Shown here: positions 27,975-37,334 of the stretch, piece after piece
Layout: each line of letters starts with the position of its first letter
How positions within the stretch are numbered: position 1 is the first letter of the stretch
Source of the DNA: an uncultured Chloroflexia bacterium
GTDB taxonomy: Bacteria; Chloroflexota; Limnocylindria; Limnocylindrales; CSP1-4
Reading direction: 5' to 3'
Length of the DNA: 64,000 nucleotides
NCBI GenBank assembly: GCA_963731865.1
Contig: CAVSXG010000002.1
Span: 455,271 to 519,270 of the forward strand
Notes under the pieces: generated by a model
Told to the model about the DNA's origin: nothing
Databases searched by the model: none
What the model saw: only the letters and a program-made list of their open reading frames with translations
Position numbers and translations under genes: made by a program

Positions 27975-29002
27975 CCGAGCGGGTCCTGGGTTCGCGCCAG
28001 CTGAACCGGACCCTCCTCGCTCGTCAACTCCTGCTCGAACGCGCGAGCCTTCCGATCGAGGGGGCCGTGGAACAGATTGCGGGTCTGCAGACGCAATACG
28101 CCCCATCGGGGTACGTGGGGCTTTGGACACGCCTCGCCGGCTTCGATCGAGAGTCCCTGACCCGCGCACTCGAAGATCGGTCCGTGGTCCAGGCGACCCT
28201 CATGCGCGTGACGATCCATATCGTCTCGGCGCGCGAGTTCTGGCGGTATGCGGCAGGAGTGCGGCAGGCCCGGCGGACCTCCGTCCTGCGAGCATCCGGC
28301 CAGTCGACCGGCGAACACGACATGGTCGAAGCGGGACAGCGTCTGCGGGACGCGCTCAAGGATGGTCCGAAGACGGTGAAGGAGCTCGGGCCGCTGGCTA
28401 CCGGGTTCGTCGGGACGCTTGGACTGTGGGTCGATCTCGTCCGCGTCCCGCCATCGGGAACGTGGGAACGCCGTCGCGCCGATCGGCTGGGGCTTGCCGA
28501 GGACTGGCTGCCAGTCGAGGAGGTCTCGGAGGATGAGGGCCTGGCGCACCTCGTTCGTTCGTACCTGCGTGGTTTTGGCCCGGCGTCGTGGCGCGACATC
28601 GCATCGTGGGCCGGGATCTCCGTGACCGATGCGAAACGCGGCGGCGCCGCCCTCGACCTGGCTCGCTACCGTGACGAGGATGGTCGCGAGCTCATCGACC
28701 TCGCCGGGGCCACGATCGTCGACGCCGAGACCCCGGCGCCGGTGCGGTTTCTCCCGCACTGGGATGCCAACCTGCTCGTGCACGCTCGACGGACGGGCCT
28801 GCTCCCGGAGCCATACCGGTCACACGTCTTCAGCATCCGAAATCCGTTCTCAGTTGGCACGTACCTGGTGGATGGCGTGGTCGCCGGAGCGTGGTCCGTT
28901 CGCGACGGCCGGGTCGAGCTCGACCCGTTCGAGCCGCTCACGGGCAGGGATCAGCGCGCAGTGGACACCGAACGCGAAGCGCTCGAGGCCTTCCACGCTT
29001 GA
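27971..29002 (+). CDS. Winged-helix DNA glycosylase-like protein of the AlkZ/YcaQ (DUF1006, HTH_42) family
   Basis: 343 aa. 'LLARQLLLERASLPIEGAVEQIAGLQTQYAPSGYVGLWTRL' carries a Q-x-Q motif (Q40-T-Q42, 28088-28096). The C-terminus is 'VGTYLVDGVVAGAWSV'. ATG 27971 overlaps the upstream TGA (ATGA). Confidence 0.75.
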   Translation: MTERVLGSRQLNRTLLARQLLLERASLPIEGAVEQIAGLQTQYAPSGYVGLWTRLAGFDRESLTRALEDRSVVQATLMRVTIHIVSAREFWRYAAGVRQARRTSVLRASGQSTGEHDMVEAGQRLRDALKDGPKTVKELGPLATGFVGTLGLWVDLVRVPPSGTWERRRADRLGLAEDWLPVEEVSEDEGLAHLVRSYLRGFGPASWRDIASWAGISVTDAKRGGAALDLARYRDEDGRELIDLAGATIVDAETPAPVRFLPHWDANLLVHARRTGLLPEPYRSHVFSIRNPFSVGTYLVDGVVAGAWSVRDGRVELDPFEPLTGRDQRAVDTEREALEAFHA

Positions 29003-29011
29003 GTGCGTCGC

Positions 29012-29893
29012 TCAGGCCGCGACCGGGACCGTCAGGGCCACGCTGAACCCACTCGCCACGTCGCCGGTCACCTCGCCCAGCTGTTGGGCGGCGCCGTCAT
29101 CGCGGAAGACATTGTCCGAGCTCAGGCTCACCTGCGCCATGTTGGACACGCTCTGGCTGTAGCCATCGGTGGCATACACGAGGTCGCACGTGTCCTTGGG
29201 AAACGCGAGCTGCGATGTGGCGATCTTGTTGGCCTCGTTGGTCGCCAGCTCCAGGCTAGGGTAGATCTCGAAGTGGGCGTGCGGCCAACGACCCGAGTAG
29301 CACGCCGGGAAGATGCTGGTGAAGGTGACCAGACCATTGTCGTCGGCCGCCTGCACGCCGCGCAGGTAGTTCTCGTCGGCCGCAGCATCGGAGTAGAGCG
29401 AGTAATTGCCCTCCCGGTCGCAATGCCACAGGTAGACCGCGGCGCCGGCCAGCGGTGCGCAATCGGCGCCGTCCTGGATCGTGAGCTGGATCGTCAGGGG
29501 AATGCCCTCGGCCACGGTCGTCGACGATCCAAAGCTCGAGCGGATATCGCTGCGGACGACGCCGCTCTCGGCCAGGACGTTTGGTCCATTCGAGCCGTCG
29601 CCGGGAAACGGGCCGGCTGTCTCCTCCGGGATGACGGCGCAGCTCTCGCCCGTTGTCGCGGCGGCGCTGGCGGCGGCCGTCGCCGAGGCCGTCGCCGAGG
29701 CCGAGGCTGAAGCCGCGCCGCTCGACCCGGTGGGTCCGCAAGCGGCGATCGTGAAGAGCGTGGCGCTGACGCCACCAAAGCCGAGGAGCTTGAGCATCCG
29801 CCGCCGGTCGAGCGTCACCAGGTCGAAGACGAGGCCTCGATCGTGGTCTTCGAGGTCGTCGTAGGCGGCGTCGAGGATGAGCGTCTCGGGCAT
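29012..29893 (-). CDS. Intradiol ring-cleavage dioxygenase-like protein with Tat/lipoprotein signal
   Basis: 'LDRRRMLKLLGFGGVSATLFTIAAC' is a twin-arginine motif plus lipobox. This is followed by an Ala/Ser/Thr linker, then 'YLWHCDREGNYS' and 'FPACYSGRWPHAHFEI'. GTG 29818 would give a more canonical Tat N-region than ATG 29893. Confidence 0.8.
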   Translation of the reverse strand: MPETLILDAAYDDLEDHDRGLVFDLVTLDRRRMLKLLGFGGVSATLFTIAACGPTGSSGAASASASATASATAAASAAATTGESCAVIPEETAGPFPGDGSNGPNVLAESGVVRSDIRSSFGSSTTVAEGIPLTIQLTIQDGADCAPLAGAAVYLWHCDREGNYSLYSDAAADENYLRGVQAADDNGLVTFTSIFPACYSGRWPHAHFEIYPSLELATNEANKIATSQLAFPKDTCDLVYATDGYSQSVSNMAQVSLSSDNVFRDDGAAQQLGEVTGDVASGFSVALTVPVAA

Positions 29894-30025
29894 CGGAAGG
29901 CTCGCTTTCGTACATGTGCCGCTGTGGACGGACGAACCATAGGCGTCGATCCGTGAGAGCCGTCTGAGAGCTGGCTGAAGCGCCTCGCGACGAGCCGCGT
30001 CGGCATCAAGCCGCGGCGATGACCT

Positions 30026-30568
30026 TCATGCGCCTTCCTCCGGGCTGTCGCGGACGAGTTCCGCCGCCAGCAGGTCCATCAGGAGCGCGTCGGCCCACGT
30101 CCCGTCCGTCATTCGCTGGTACTGGCGCAGGCGGCCAACCGCCCGGAACCCGACCTTGGCATAGGCGGCGATGGCACGCGTGTTGTCGGCGACCGGATCG
30201 ATCGTGATCCGATGATGGCCGCGGCGGTCGATCAGATCGGCGGCCAGGACCCGAATCGCCTCTGGGCCGAGCCCGAGCCCTTGCGACGACGCGGTCAGGA
30301 ACAGGTCGATCGACGCGTGCCGGAACTCCGGATCGGGCTCCTCCGCGCACTGGATGTAGCCCACCACGGTGCCGGCATGCTCGATGACGAACCCCTCCTC
30401 GTCGTCGCGTTCGGAGACGAGCTCGGCCAGGACACGCGCGGGATCGAATGGCGGCCACCACCGGGCGACCGCCGGCTCGGCGAGGATCGAGACGAGCGTA
30501 TCCGCGTCGGCGGCGGTGGGCTCCCGGAGCACGACGCGTGGCCCTTCCAGGCGTAGACCATGAGCCAC
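30026..30568 (-). CDS. GNAT-family N-acetyltransferase
   Basis: 'LREPTAADADTLVSIL', 'GYIQCAEEPDPEFRHASIDLFL...GLGLGPEAIRVL' and 'DPVADNTRAIAAYAKVGFR'. The start is set at GTG 30568 to avoid overlap with the upstream gene; the ORF is open to 30640. Confidence 0.8.
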   Translation of the reverse strand: MAHGLRLEGPRVVLREPTAADADTLVSILAEPAVARWWPPFDPARVLAELVSERDDEEGFVIEHAGTVVGYIQCAEEPDPEFRHASIDLFLTASSQGLGLGPEAIRVLAADLIDRRGHHRITIDPVADNTRAIAAYAKVGFRAVGRLRQYQRMTDGTWADALLMDLLAAELVRDSPEEGA

Positions 30569-30572
30569 GGCG

Positions 30573-31502
30573 CTACCGAACGATCTCGACGATGTCGCCG
30601 TCCTCGACCGCGTGATCGCGGCCGACACGTTGCCCCTCAAATCGTGCCGAGGCGCCCCACACCCGCGCGCTCGCGAAGGTCGTCCCGAGGTCGTGGTGGA
30701 CCCAATCAGCCACGTCCGCGACCGTGGAGCCGGGTTCGAGGGCGAGTGGTTCCGGATCGACGGAACCGTTGTTCCGCAAGCGGACCCGGATCAACCCGGT
30801 CAGCCGCCACGCAGCCGCGCGGAAGGCATCCAGGCTGGCCTCGTCCAGGATGGAGACAGGCAGCACCTCGAGATCAGGAAAGGCACGGGCGAGACGGTCC
30901 GCCGCGGCGGGATCGGCCTCGTCAGCACGGGTGACCGCAAGGAACGCGGGCTTCTCGATGCCAGCTGCAGTGATCTCCGCCAGTACGACGGCGAGGTCGG
31001 TCGGATCGGCGCTCGCGCGGCAGCAATAGATGATGGCGTCGGCCAGCCGCAGGACGCCAAGCAGTGCCCGGCCACCACCGCGATCCTCCGAGGCGCCCTC
31101 GATCAACCCCGGGATCTCCACCAGCTGGACGAGGACACCTTCGATGCGCGTCAGCGCCGGAACTGGACGAAGCGTGGTGAACGGGTAGTCGCCCGTCTTG
31201 ATCTGGATTTCGGACAACGCCTGGAGGAGGGAGGACTTGCCCACGTTGGGAGGGCCGACCAACGCGATCTGGGCGGCGCCTTCGCGTCGGACCGCGATCG
31301 AATCGCGGTGAACCGCGTTCGAGCGGACACGTGTGTCCTCGATCTCCGTGCTGAGCCACTTCCGTAAGTCCGCGTACGGACCATTCTTGTAGTCAGGTAA
31401 CTCGTCGAGGAGCGCCCGGACTTCGCGGATTCGCTCTCGACCTTCCTTTCCAACCAGCCGTCGCTTCGCCACCTGGGCGAAGGTCCGATGCGGCATCGGC
31501 AT
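30573..31502 (-). CDS. Obg/DRG-like P-loop GTPase with C-terminal TGS domain
   Basis: G1 is 'GPPNVGKSS', G2 is 'YPFTT', the G3-like motif is 'VEIPGLIEGA' and the G4-like motif is 'TRAD'. The C-terminal 'GSTVADVADWVHHDLGTTFASARVWG...VEDGDIVEIV' is TGS-like. Confidence 0.85.
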   Translation of the reverse strand: MPMPHRTFAQVAKRRLVGKEGRERIREVRALLDELPDYKNGPYADLRKWLSTEIEDTRVRSNAVHRDSIAVRREGAAQIALVGPPNVGKSSLLQALSEIQIKTGDYPFTTLRPVPALTRIEGVLVQLVEIPGLIEGASEDRGGGRALLGVLRLADAIIYCCRASADPTDLAVVLAEITAAGIEKPAFLAVTRADEADPAAADRLARAFPDLEVLPVSILDEASLDAFRAAAWRLTGLIRVRLRNNGSVDPEPLALEPGSTVADVADWVHHDLGTTFASARVWGASARFEGQRVGRDHAVEDGDIVEIVR

Positions 31503-31708
31503 CGCGATCTCCCTTCGATCACGCGGGACGACGCGGCGCGCGCAGTCTTGGCTGCGGCTTCGGCACGCGTCGGTCCCGCCCCTTCCACTGACGCTTGTGG
31601 CGGAAGGGGCCGATCAGCCGTTCTGGTTGGAGATCGTGGCGGCCCACGCGTCCATCGGACGCTGGGCGAGAAGGTGGTTCATCGCCCGGACAGCGTACAA
31701 CGCCTCGG

Positions 31709-33340
31709 TCAACCGTTGTCTTCCAGCACGTACGCATCCACGGCCGTCGTCTTCCCCTTCACCTGGATCGGACCGAGCGCTCGACCGTGGGCATCGCCGT
31801 TGAGCGAGTTCCATGTCGCGCCGGCCACGATCACCTGGCCCGGCTCGCCAGCGGCCATGAGTCTTGCCGCGGTGTTGGTCGTGTCGCCGATCACCGCGAA
31901 GCTGTGGCGCCCGGCGACCCCCACATTGCCTACGACGGCAGGTCCGGTGTTGATCCCGACCCGGAACAGCGGCCAGTCCGGTCGCGACGCGGCCAGAGGT
32001 CGGCTGGCATCGAGAATGGCGAGTCCGGCCCGGGCCGCGCGCTGGCTGTGATCTGGCTGGTCGCCCGTGGCATTGAAGACGGCCATGACTCCGTCCCCGG
32101 CGAAATGCTCGATCACGCCGCCGGCGTCCGTGATCACCGGCACGACCCTGGCCCAATACTCGTTGAGCATGCCAATGACCTCGGTCGGTGCCCGATTCTC
32201 GCTGAAGGTCGTGAACCCGGCGAGGTCGGCGAACAGGACGCTGACATCGCGCTCCTCGCCACCGAGCTGGGCCACCGCGGGCTCGCGCCGACGGATCCCG
32301 CGGGCCACGACGGACGGCAGGTATGGCCGGAACGCGGCGTCGAGGCGACGGACCTCGCGCGCCGCGTGGGCGAGCAGGGCGACTTCGTCTGTTGTCGCTC
32401 CCTCACGACGGAGGTCGTCCAGGACCTGCTCGGTGGAACCACGTTCATCTGCGGCCACCACTGCAGCGATTGCCTTCGCGTGCCATCGGTCGACGCGCTC
32501 GAGGGTGCTGCCCAGATAGAGGCCCCCGAATGCCGACGTCAGGGACCCGCTCCGCTGGTACTCGCTCCGCGCTCCCAGGGCGATGGCCGCGAACGCGAAG
32601 AGCATCAAGAGGTGCCATTCCCACCAGCTGAGGTGCCAGTTCCGACTCAGGGCCACGGCAACCATGGCCTCGGCGAGCAGAACGAGCGCGATCGTGACCG
32701 TCAACGGGACGATCCCGCCACGCCGCCGGTAGAGCCCGACATAGCGCCAGGCCGAATAGCCATACACGGCGACGGCCTCGACCGCGAGCACGGTCAGGAG
32801 ACCGACGCCTTCCTGCGTCGGTGGCGGCCCGTCGAGCGGCGGCAGGCTCGCGAGCGAGACGACGGCCCAGGCGACCATAAGCGCGAGCAACCCGCCAAGC
32901 AGCCACGACCGTCTACGCAGCACGGAGGCTGCCCTCGGGCCTGCAAACGGCCCCACGGACAGCGCCGCGAACACCGAGGCGATGACCAGCCCGAGCGGCG
33001 TCGCCACGGCGAACCCGAAGTTGGGGTGGGGGAGGAGAACTCCCGGAGTTGCGAGCGCGTGGAGCCCCAGGAACCCGGCGCTGGCGAGAAATGCAAGGGA
33101 CACGAGCAACAGCCGGGCATCGCGGAAACGTCCCGCGGCCAGGTTGGTCACGTAGGCGAGCGCCACGTTGACCACCGCCGTCACGAGAACCAGCCAGAAA
33201 TGGCTTGGGTGGTGCTCCCACTGGACATCGAACTCCGGGCGGAGCAGCAACAATCCCAGGCCAATCACCGGGAGCACCAGGAGCAGCGCCCACCACCGGG
33301 ATACGGTAGCTGGCTGATCGGCGGTTCGACTCACCATCAT
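31709..33340 (-). CDS. Membrane-anchored class III adenylate/guanylate cyclase
   Basis: The N-terminal roughly 270 aa contain multiple TM helices. Catalytic domain has 'VSVLFADLAGFTTF', 'HFAGDGVMAVFN' and 'AVIGDTTNTAARL'. Confidence 0.85.
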   Translation of the reverse strand: MMVSRTADQPATVSRWWALLLVLPVIGLGLLLLRPEFDVQWEHHPSHFWLVLVTAVVNVALAYVTNLAAGRFRDARLLLVSLAFLASAGFLGLHALATPGVLLPHPNFGFAVATPLGLVIASVFAALSVGPFAGPRAASVLRRRSWLLGGLLALMVAWAVVSLASLPPLDGPPPTQEGVGLLTVLAVEAVAVYGYSAWRYVGLYRRRGGIVPLTVTIALVLLAEAMVAVALSRNWHLSWWEWHLLMLFAFAAIALGARSEYQRSGSLTSAFGGLYLGSTLERVDRWHAKAIAAVVAADERGSTEQVLDDLRREGATTDEVALLAHAAREVRRLDAAFRPYLPSVVARGIRRREPAVAQLGGEERDVSVLFADLAGFTTFSENRAPTEVIGMLNEYWARVVPVITDAGGVIEHFAGDGVMAVFNATGDQPDHSQRAARAGLAILDASRPLAASRPDWPLFRVGINTGPAVVGNVGVAGRHSFAVIGDTTNTAARLMAAGEPGQVIVAGATWNSLNGDAHGRALGPIQVKGKTTAVDAYVLEDNG

Positions 33341-33404
33341 GGCTTCAAGCTTACGTGGCCGATTCGTTCAAGACGACGTCGTCGAGGCGCGGTACGGTGC
33401 ATCC

Positions 33405-33806
33405 ATGACTGCACGACTGGACGTCATCGGCATCGTTGTCAGTGACATGGCTCGCTCTCTCGCCTTCTATCGCGCACTCGGGTTTGAGGTACCCGACGCT
33501 GCCGACATCGAATCGCACGTCGAAGCCACAATGCCCGGCGGGCTTCGAATTGCCTGGGACACGATCGAGATGATGCAATCGTTTGATGCCGCGTGGACCG
33601 CCCCAACGGGCAGCGCCCGGATGAGTCTCGCCTTTGCATGCGACGATCCTGCCGACGTCGACGCGACGTATGGGCGCCTGACCAACGCAGGTTACGACGG
33701 GCACCTGCCACCCTGGGACGCGCCCTGGCGGATGCGGTATGCGGTGCTCCACGACCCCGACGGGAATACGGTGGATCTATTCGCCAATCTTCCCGAGTCG
33801 GGTTGA
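33405..33806 (+). CDS. VOC (glyoxalase/bleomycin-resistance fold) family protein
   Basis: 'LDVIGIVVSDMARSLAFYRALGFEV' and 'YAVLHDPDGNTVDLF'. The ORF is open from 33339, but ATG 33405 gives the usual family N-terminus. Confidence 0.85.
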   Translation: MTARLDVIGIVVSDMARSLAFYRALGFEVPDAADIESHVEATMPGGLRIAWDTIEMMQSFDAAWTAPTGSARMSLAFACDDPADVDATYGRLTNAGYDGHLPPWDAPWRMRYAVLHDPDGNTVDLFANLPESG

Positions 33807-33831
33807 CGGCACCGGGCTGATCCGACCCGCG

Positions 33832-34281
33832 TCAACCCACCAGCTGGGAGAGCGGGACGCCGGCGAACTCCTTGACGTCACGTGCCAGGTGCGCCTGATC
33901 GGCGTAGCCCGATTCGGCGGCGACGTCGACGAACGGCAGGCCCGATAGCGCGAGGTCGATCGCTCCGCTGAGACGGAAGATTTGCGCCAGTGTCTTGGGC
34001 CCGTATCCAAACACCTCGAGCGACCGTCGGCGGATCTGTCGCTCGCTCATGCCCAATGCGTCTGCGACGCGCCAGATCGGGAGGCCGGCGCGAAGCTGAC
34101 GCGCCATCTCCGCGATGGCCGGCCCACGGCGATCTTCCCGGTGCGCTTCGGTGGCAATCGCCTCGAGCACCGCTTCTGACTCCTTGCTGGAGGCGAGACG
34201 GTTTTCCATCCGGCAAACATCGGCGGCCCGCCAGATCGCGTCGAGCTTGACCCGCTGGTTCGAGAGCTCGTTGGCAGGCAA
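33832..34281 (-). CDS. AraC-family HTH transcriptional regulator (N-terminus uncertain)
   Basis: C-terminal 'IAEMARQLRAGLPIWRVADALGMSERQIRRRSLEVFGYGPKTLAQIFRL...GYADQAHLARDVKEFAG' is an AraC HTH pair. An upstream piece 'MRAVSEERPSRLTGSVVWRRI' from ATG 34381 lies in another frame, suggesting a frameshift near 34285. Confidence 0.65.
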   Translation of the reverse strand: MPANELSNQRVKLDAIWRAADVCRMENRLASSKESEAVLEAIATEAHREDRRGPAIAEMARQLRAGLPIWRVADALGMSERQIRRRSLEVFGYGPKTLAQIFRLSGAIDLALSGLPFVDVAAESGYADQAHLARDVKEFAGVPLSQLVG

Positions 34282-34395
34282 CCCGAGGATGCTCGGACCG
34301 AACCCCGCCGGGGGTGGTGATGCGTCGCCAGACGACGCTACCGGTCAGCCGTGAGGGACGCTCCTCGGACACGGCCCGCATTCCGTTCCGACGGC

Positions 34396-34944
34396 CTAGA
34401 GCTTGCGGATCGCGTCGCCGGTCCGCACGGTGCCAGGCTCCACGATCCGGGCGTTGAGCCCGCGCATCCGATGGGCCCGCCCGATGGGGGAATTGATCCA
34501 GCGCAACGCGTCGCTGCCGAACCTCGAGCTGAACTTGGCACATCCTGTGTGCGGCGTTTCGCTGATCTCGATGACGGATGTCCCCACGGCGAGTCGGCTG
34601 CCGGCGGGCAGGTTGGCCTCGCTCAGGTCGAGATCGACGTACAGCTGATCGCCAGCCAGCGGCCAGCGGCCCCTGTCGGGCTCGATCACGCTCAGGACGC
34701 GGGTGCTGATGACGGTCAGCTGGGCATCGAGGTAGACGGGCGTGTTTTCGCGGTCGCGGACCGCCCAGCGATCACCGACCAGCCCGCCCTCGAGATCGAG
34801 CTGCGCTTCCGCGAGGATCTCGCGCTCCTCAGTGGCCGGCCGGCGAACGATGAGCTCAACCCGTCCGTTGTCGGCGGGAGCGGCCTGGACGTCAGGTAAA
34901 CGCGCCTCGAATGACTGCCCGTACCGCTCCAGCTGATCCTGCAT
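34396..34944 (-). CDS. MOSC domain-containing protein
   Basis: 182 aa. 'QLTVISTRVL', 'ISETPHTGCAKFSSRFG' and 'RGLNARIVEPGTVRTGD' are MOSC-like. Confidence 0.8.
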   Translation of the reverse strand: MQDQLERYGQSFEARLPDVQAAPADNGRVELIVRRPATEEREILAEAQLDLEGGLVGDRWAVRDRENTPVYLDAQLTVISTRVLSVIEPDRGRWPLAGDQLYVDLDLSEANLPAGSRLAVGTSVIEISETPHTGCAKFSSRFGSDALRWINSPIGRAHRMRGLNARIVEPGTVRTGDAIRKL

Positions 34945-35116
34945 TTCCAGAGTGTCGCAGATGCGGACGGACGAACGCGAATCGACGGTCTCGACGTGAC
35001 TGGTACCATCGAGGGGTCGCGATTGTTGGCATTCCTGGCCAACCTGAGCCTCGGTCCGGTCACCGTCTCCGGGCGCGCATCGGGAAGCTATCCCGCTCCG
35101 ACCCTGGAGGCCCAGC

Positions 35117-36316
35117 GTGGCCCTCGCTCCATGGATCGCCCCGGCTGTCCTTGCTGTCTACGTCCACAATGCCGGCATCCGGCTCAAGCGCCAGTTCCGC
35201 GGCCACACACGACACCCGGGCGATGCACGAGCGATCGTCCGAGCCTGCATCGAAGCCTGCTGGAACGGCCGGACATTCACGGCCAGCCCGGGACACTTCG
35301 ACATGTTCTGGACCCGTGACCTGTCGTTCTCGACGCCATCGCTGGTCCGCCTTGGCCATCGCGAGCGTGTGCACACGTCCCTCGCCTATGCCCTTGACGT
35401 CTGGACGCGCCGAAAGAGCCACATCACCACGACGATCCATTACTTCGACCGCCCGGGCGACGTGTTCGAATATGGCGTCGACTCCCTGCCGCTCTTCATG
35501 GCCGCTCTCCGGGCCACGGGCGCCGACGACCTGGTCGACCGCCATCGAGCCTGGCTGCAGGGCGAGGTCGATCACTTCTACCGTCTCGTCGTCGATCCGG
35601 CGACGGGCCTCGTCCGCTCCGATCGCAAGTTCAGCGCCCATCGCGACACCGTCGTCAATCGCTCGAATGCATACGGCAACACGATGGTGGCGCTCCTGGC
35701 CAAGACGATCGAGGAGACCGGCTGGCTCGACTCGCCGTTCGTGCGCCACTTCGAGGGCGACTACGGGCGCCTGCTGCTCGACCATTTCTGGTCGGGCGAC
35801 CATTTCCGCGACGCCCTGGGCGACGAGACCGTCTCGGGCGAAGCCAATATCTGGCCGTTCTACACGGGCGTCATCGCCGATCCGCTGATCATCGGGCCAG
35901 CGCTGGCGCACATGGCGACGAACGGGTTCTGCGATCCGTATCCACTCCGCTACGAAACGAGCCGACGGCCCGAGCGAGAGGTGTGGCTGACCCGGCACAT
36001 CCTGCCGGACTACCAGGGCAGCACGGTCTGGACCAGCCTCGGCGCCATGTATCTCCAGGTCCTGCGGACCATCAATCCCGGACTCGCCGCGAGCGAGACC
36101 GCCCGATACGTCGAATGGATCGAGCGCGACGGCACGTTCTGGGAGGTCATGAACAGCCTGGGCCAGAACTGGGTCAGCCCGCGCTGGATCATGATCGGCG
36201 AGGAGTCGATGCTCTGGTCCGCGATCTTCCTCGACCATCTCGAGAACGCCGGGCTGGCCCCCGCATACTTGTCCGAGCCGATCGTCGCAGCCATCGCCAC
36301 AGAGCTCGTCGCCTGA
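35117..36316 (+). CDS. Six-hairpin (alpha/alpha)6 glycosidase-like protein (GH15/GH63-like); function uncertain
   Basis: 399 aa. 'GHFDMFWTRDLSFS', 'GEANIWPFYTGV' and 'GTFWEVMN' resemble glucoamylase/debranching-type barrels. GTG start 7 nt after GGAGG. Confidence 0.5.
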   Translation: MALAPWIAPAVLAVYVHNAGIRLKRQFRGHTRHPGDARAIVRACIEACWNGRTFTASPGHFDMFWTRDLSFSTPSLVRLGHRERVHTSLAYALDVWTRRKSHITTTIHYFDRPGDVFEYGVDSLPLFMAALRATGADDLVDRHRAWLQGEVDHFYRLVVDPATGLVRSDRKFSAHRDTVVNRSNAYGNTMVALLAKTIEETGWLDSPFVRHFEGDYGRLLLDHFWSGDHFRDALGDETVSGEANIWPFYTGVIADPLIIGPALAHMATNGFCDPYPLRYETSRRPEREVWLTRHILPDYQGSTVWTSLGAMYLQVLRTINPGLAASETARYVEWIERDGTFWEVMNSLGQNWVSPRWIMIGEESMLWSAIFLDHLENAGLAPAYLSEPIVAAIATELVA

Positions 36317-36352
36317 CCTGATGCGCCGGTGCCGCTGGGCGCCGGCGAACGC

Positions 36353-37030
36353 TCAGCCTCGAAGGAGCAGGTGGCGGTAGCCCCAGCCCTCGTGCTGGTC
36401 GAACGCCTCGTCAACGACGACGAGTCCCTCAGCGGCCAGCCATGTCATGGCCCGGTCACGTCCCGGGTAGTAGTGATAGCCCGCGGTGTCGCCCTCGACG
36501 ACCTCGCCATGGACGGCCGGCCAGCCACGCGCCTGCGCGTCGGCGAACGCCGCGTCGACTTCGGGCTCGTCCGCCTCCTCCACCGTCACGTACAGGTGGC
36601 CGCCGGGTCGAACGGCTCGATGCAGGTTGGCCAGCACGAGCGGCCAGTCCTCGGGCGGGACGTTCTCCATGGCATCGATCGTCATCGTGGCGTCAAAGGC
36701 GCTATGGAACGCCATCTCCTGGAGACCAGTGTGCTCGGTCGCCTCGGCGAGCCCTCGAGCCCGGGCCACGGCCAGCATCCCGGCTGATTGGTCGATCCCC
36801 ACGACCCTCCGGCCGGCGTCTGTCACGAGCGAGAACCAGCGGCCCGTTCCGCACGGGGCATCGAGGACGATGCCATCAGGCGGGCACGTTTCAACGAGTC
36901 GACGGATGAACACGGGCTGGAGCGGGACCGCGTAGTCGATCTCGACGTCGTATGTCGGTGCTTCGGCGTCATACGTCGCGCGCACTGTGGCCCGTCGTTC
37001 AATGAGCCAGGACCCGCGTTGCTCGTTCAT
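36353..37030 (-). CDS. Class I SAM-dependent methyltransferase
   Basis: Motif I 'VLDAPCGTGRWFSLV' and 'VVGIDQSAGMLAVAR'. Confidence 0.8.
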   Translation of the reverse strand: MNEQRGSWLIERRATVRATYDAEAPTYDVEIDYAVPLQPVFIRRLVETCPPDGIVLDAPCGTGRWFSLVTDAGRRVVGIDQSAGMLAVARARGLAEATEHTGLQEMAFHSAFDATMTIDAMENVPPEDWPLVLANLHRAVRPGGHLYVTVEEADEPEVDAAFADAQARGWPAVHGEVVEGDTAGYHYYPGRDRAMTWLAAEGLVVVDEAFDQHEGWGYRHLLLRG

Positions 37031-37063
37031 CGAGCTACCTGGCCACCCGGTCGCAACGAGTGG

Positions 37064-37273
37064 TCAGAACGCTCGCTTGAGCAGAAGAAGGCCGAAGAAG
37101 ACGACGACCACAAGCGCAAGGAGCGCCGCCGGCGGCATCGTCGAAAGGGTGTGCACAGAATCGTTGATGAACTGACCCGCCTGCGCACCCACGTCGACTG
37201 TGCGGCCTGGGTCGGCCGCTCCACCGCTGACCTGGCCCGACACGCCACTGACGCCGTTGCCGTACTCGACCAT
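37064..37273 (-). CDS. Small hypothetical protein with C-terminal membrane anchor
   Basis: 69-aa ORF ending 'PPAALLALVVVVFFGLLLLKRAF'. No RBS is evident. Confidence 0.3.
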   Translation of the reverse strand: MVEYGNGVSGVSGQVSGGAADPGRTVDVGAQAGQFINDSVHTLSTMPPAALLALVVVVFFGLLLLKRAF

Positions 37274-37334
37274 GCGCGGATCATCGCATGCCTACGCAAG
37301 GGTTCCGATTCGTCTGAGCGGATAGGCTCACGGA

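Noticed and set aside
31595-33445. 616-aa plus-strand ORF
   Set aside because: It is antisense to the membrane-bound class III cyclase (31709-33340). It is Arg/Gly/Pro/Glu-rich with no motifs, whereas the minus strand has TM helices and a canonical cyclase domain.
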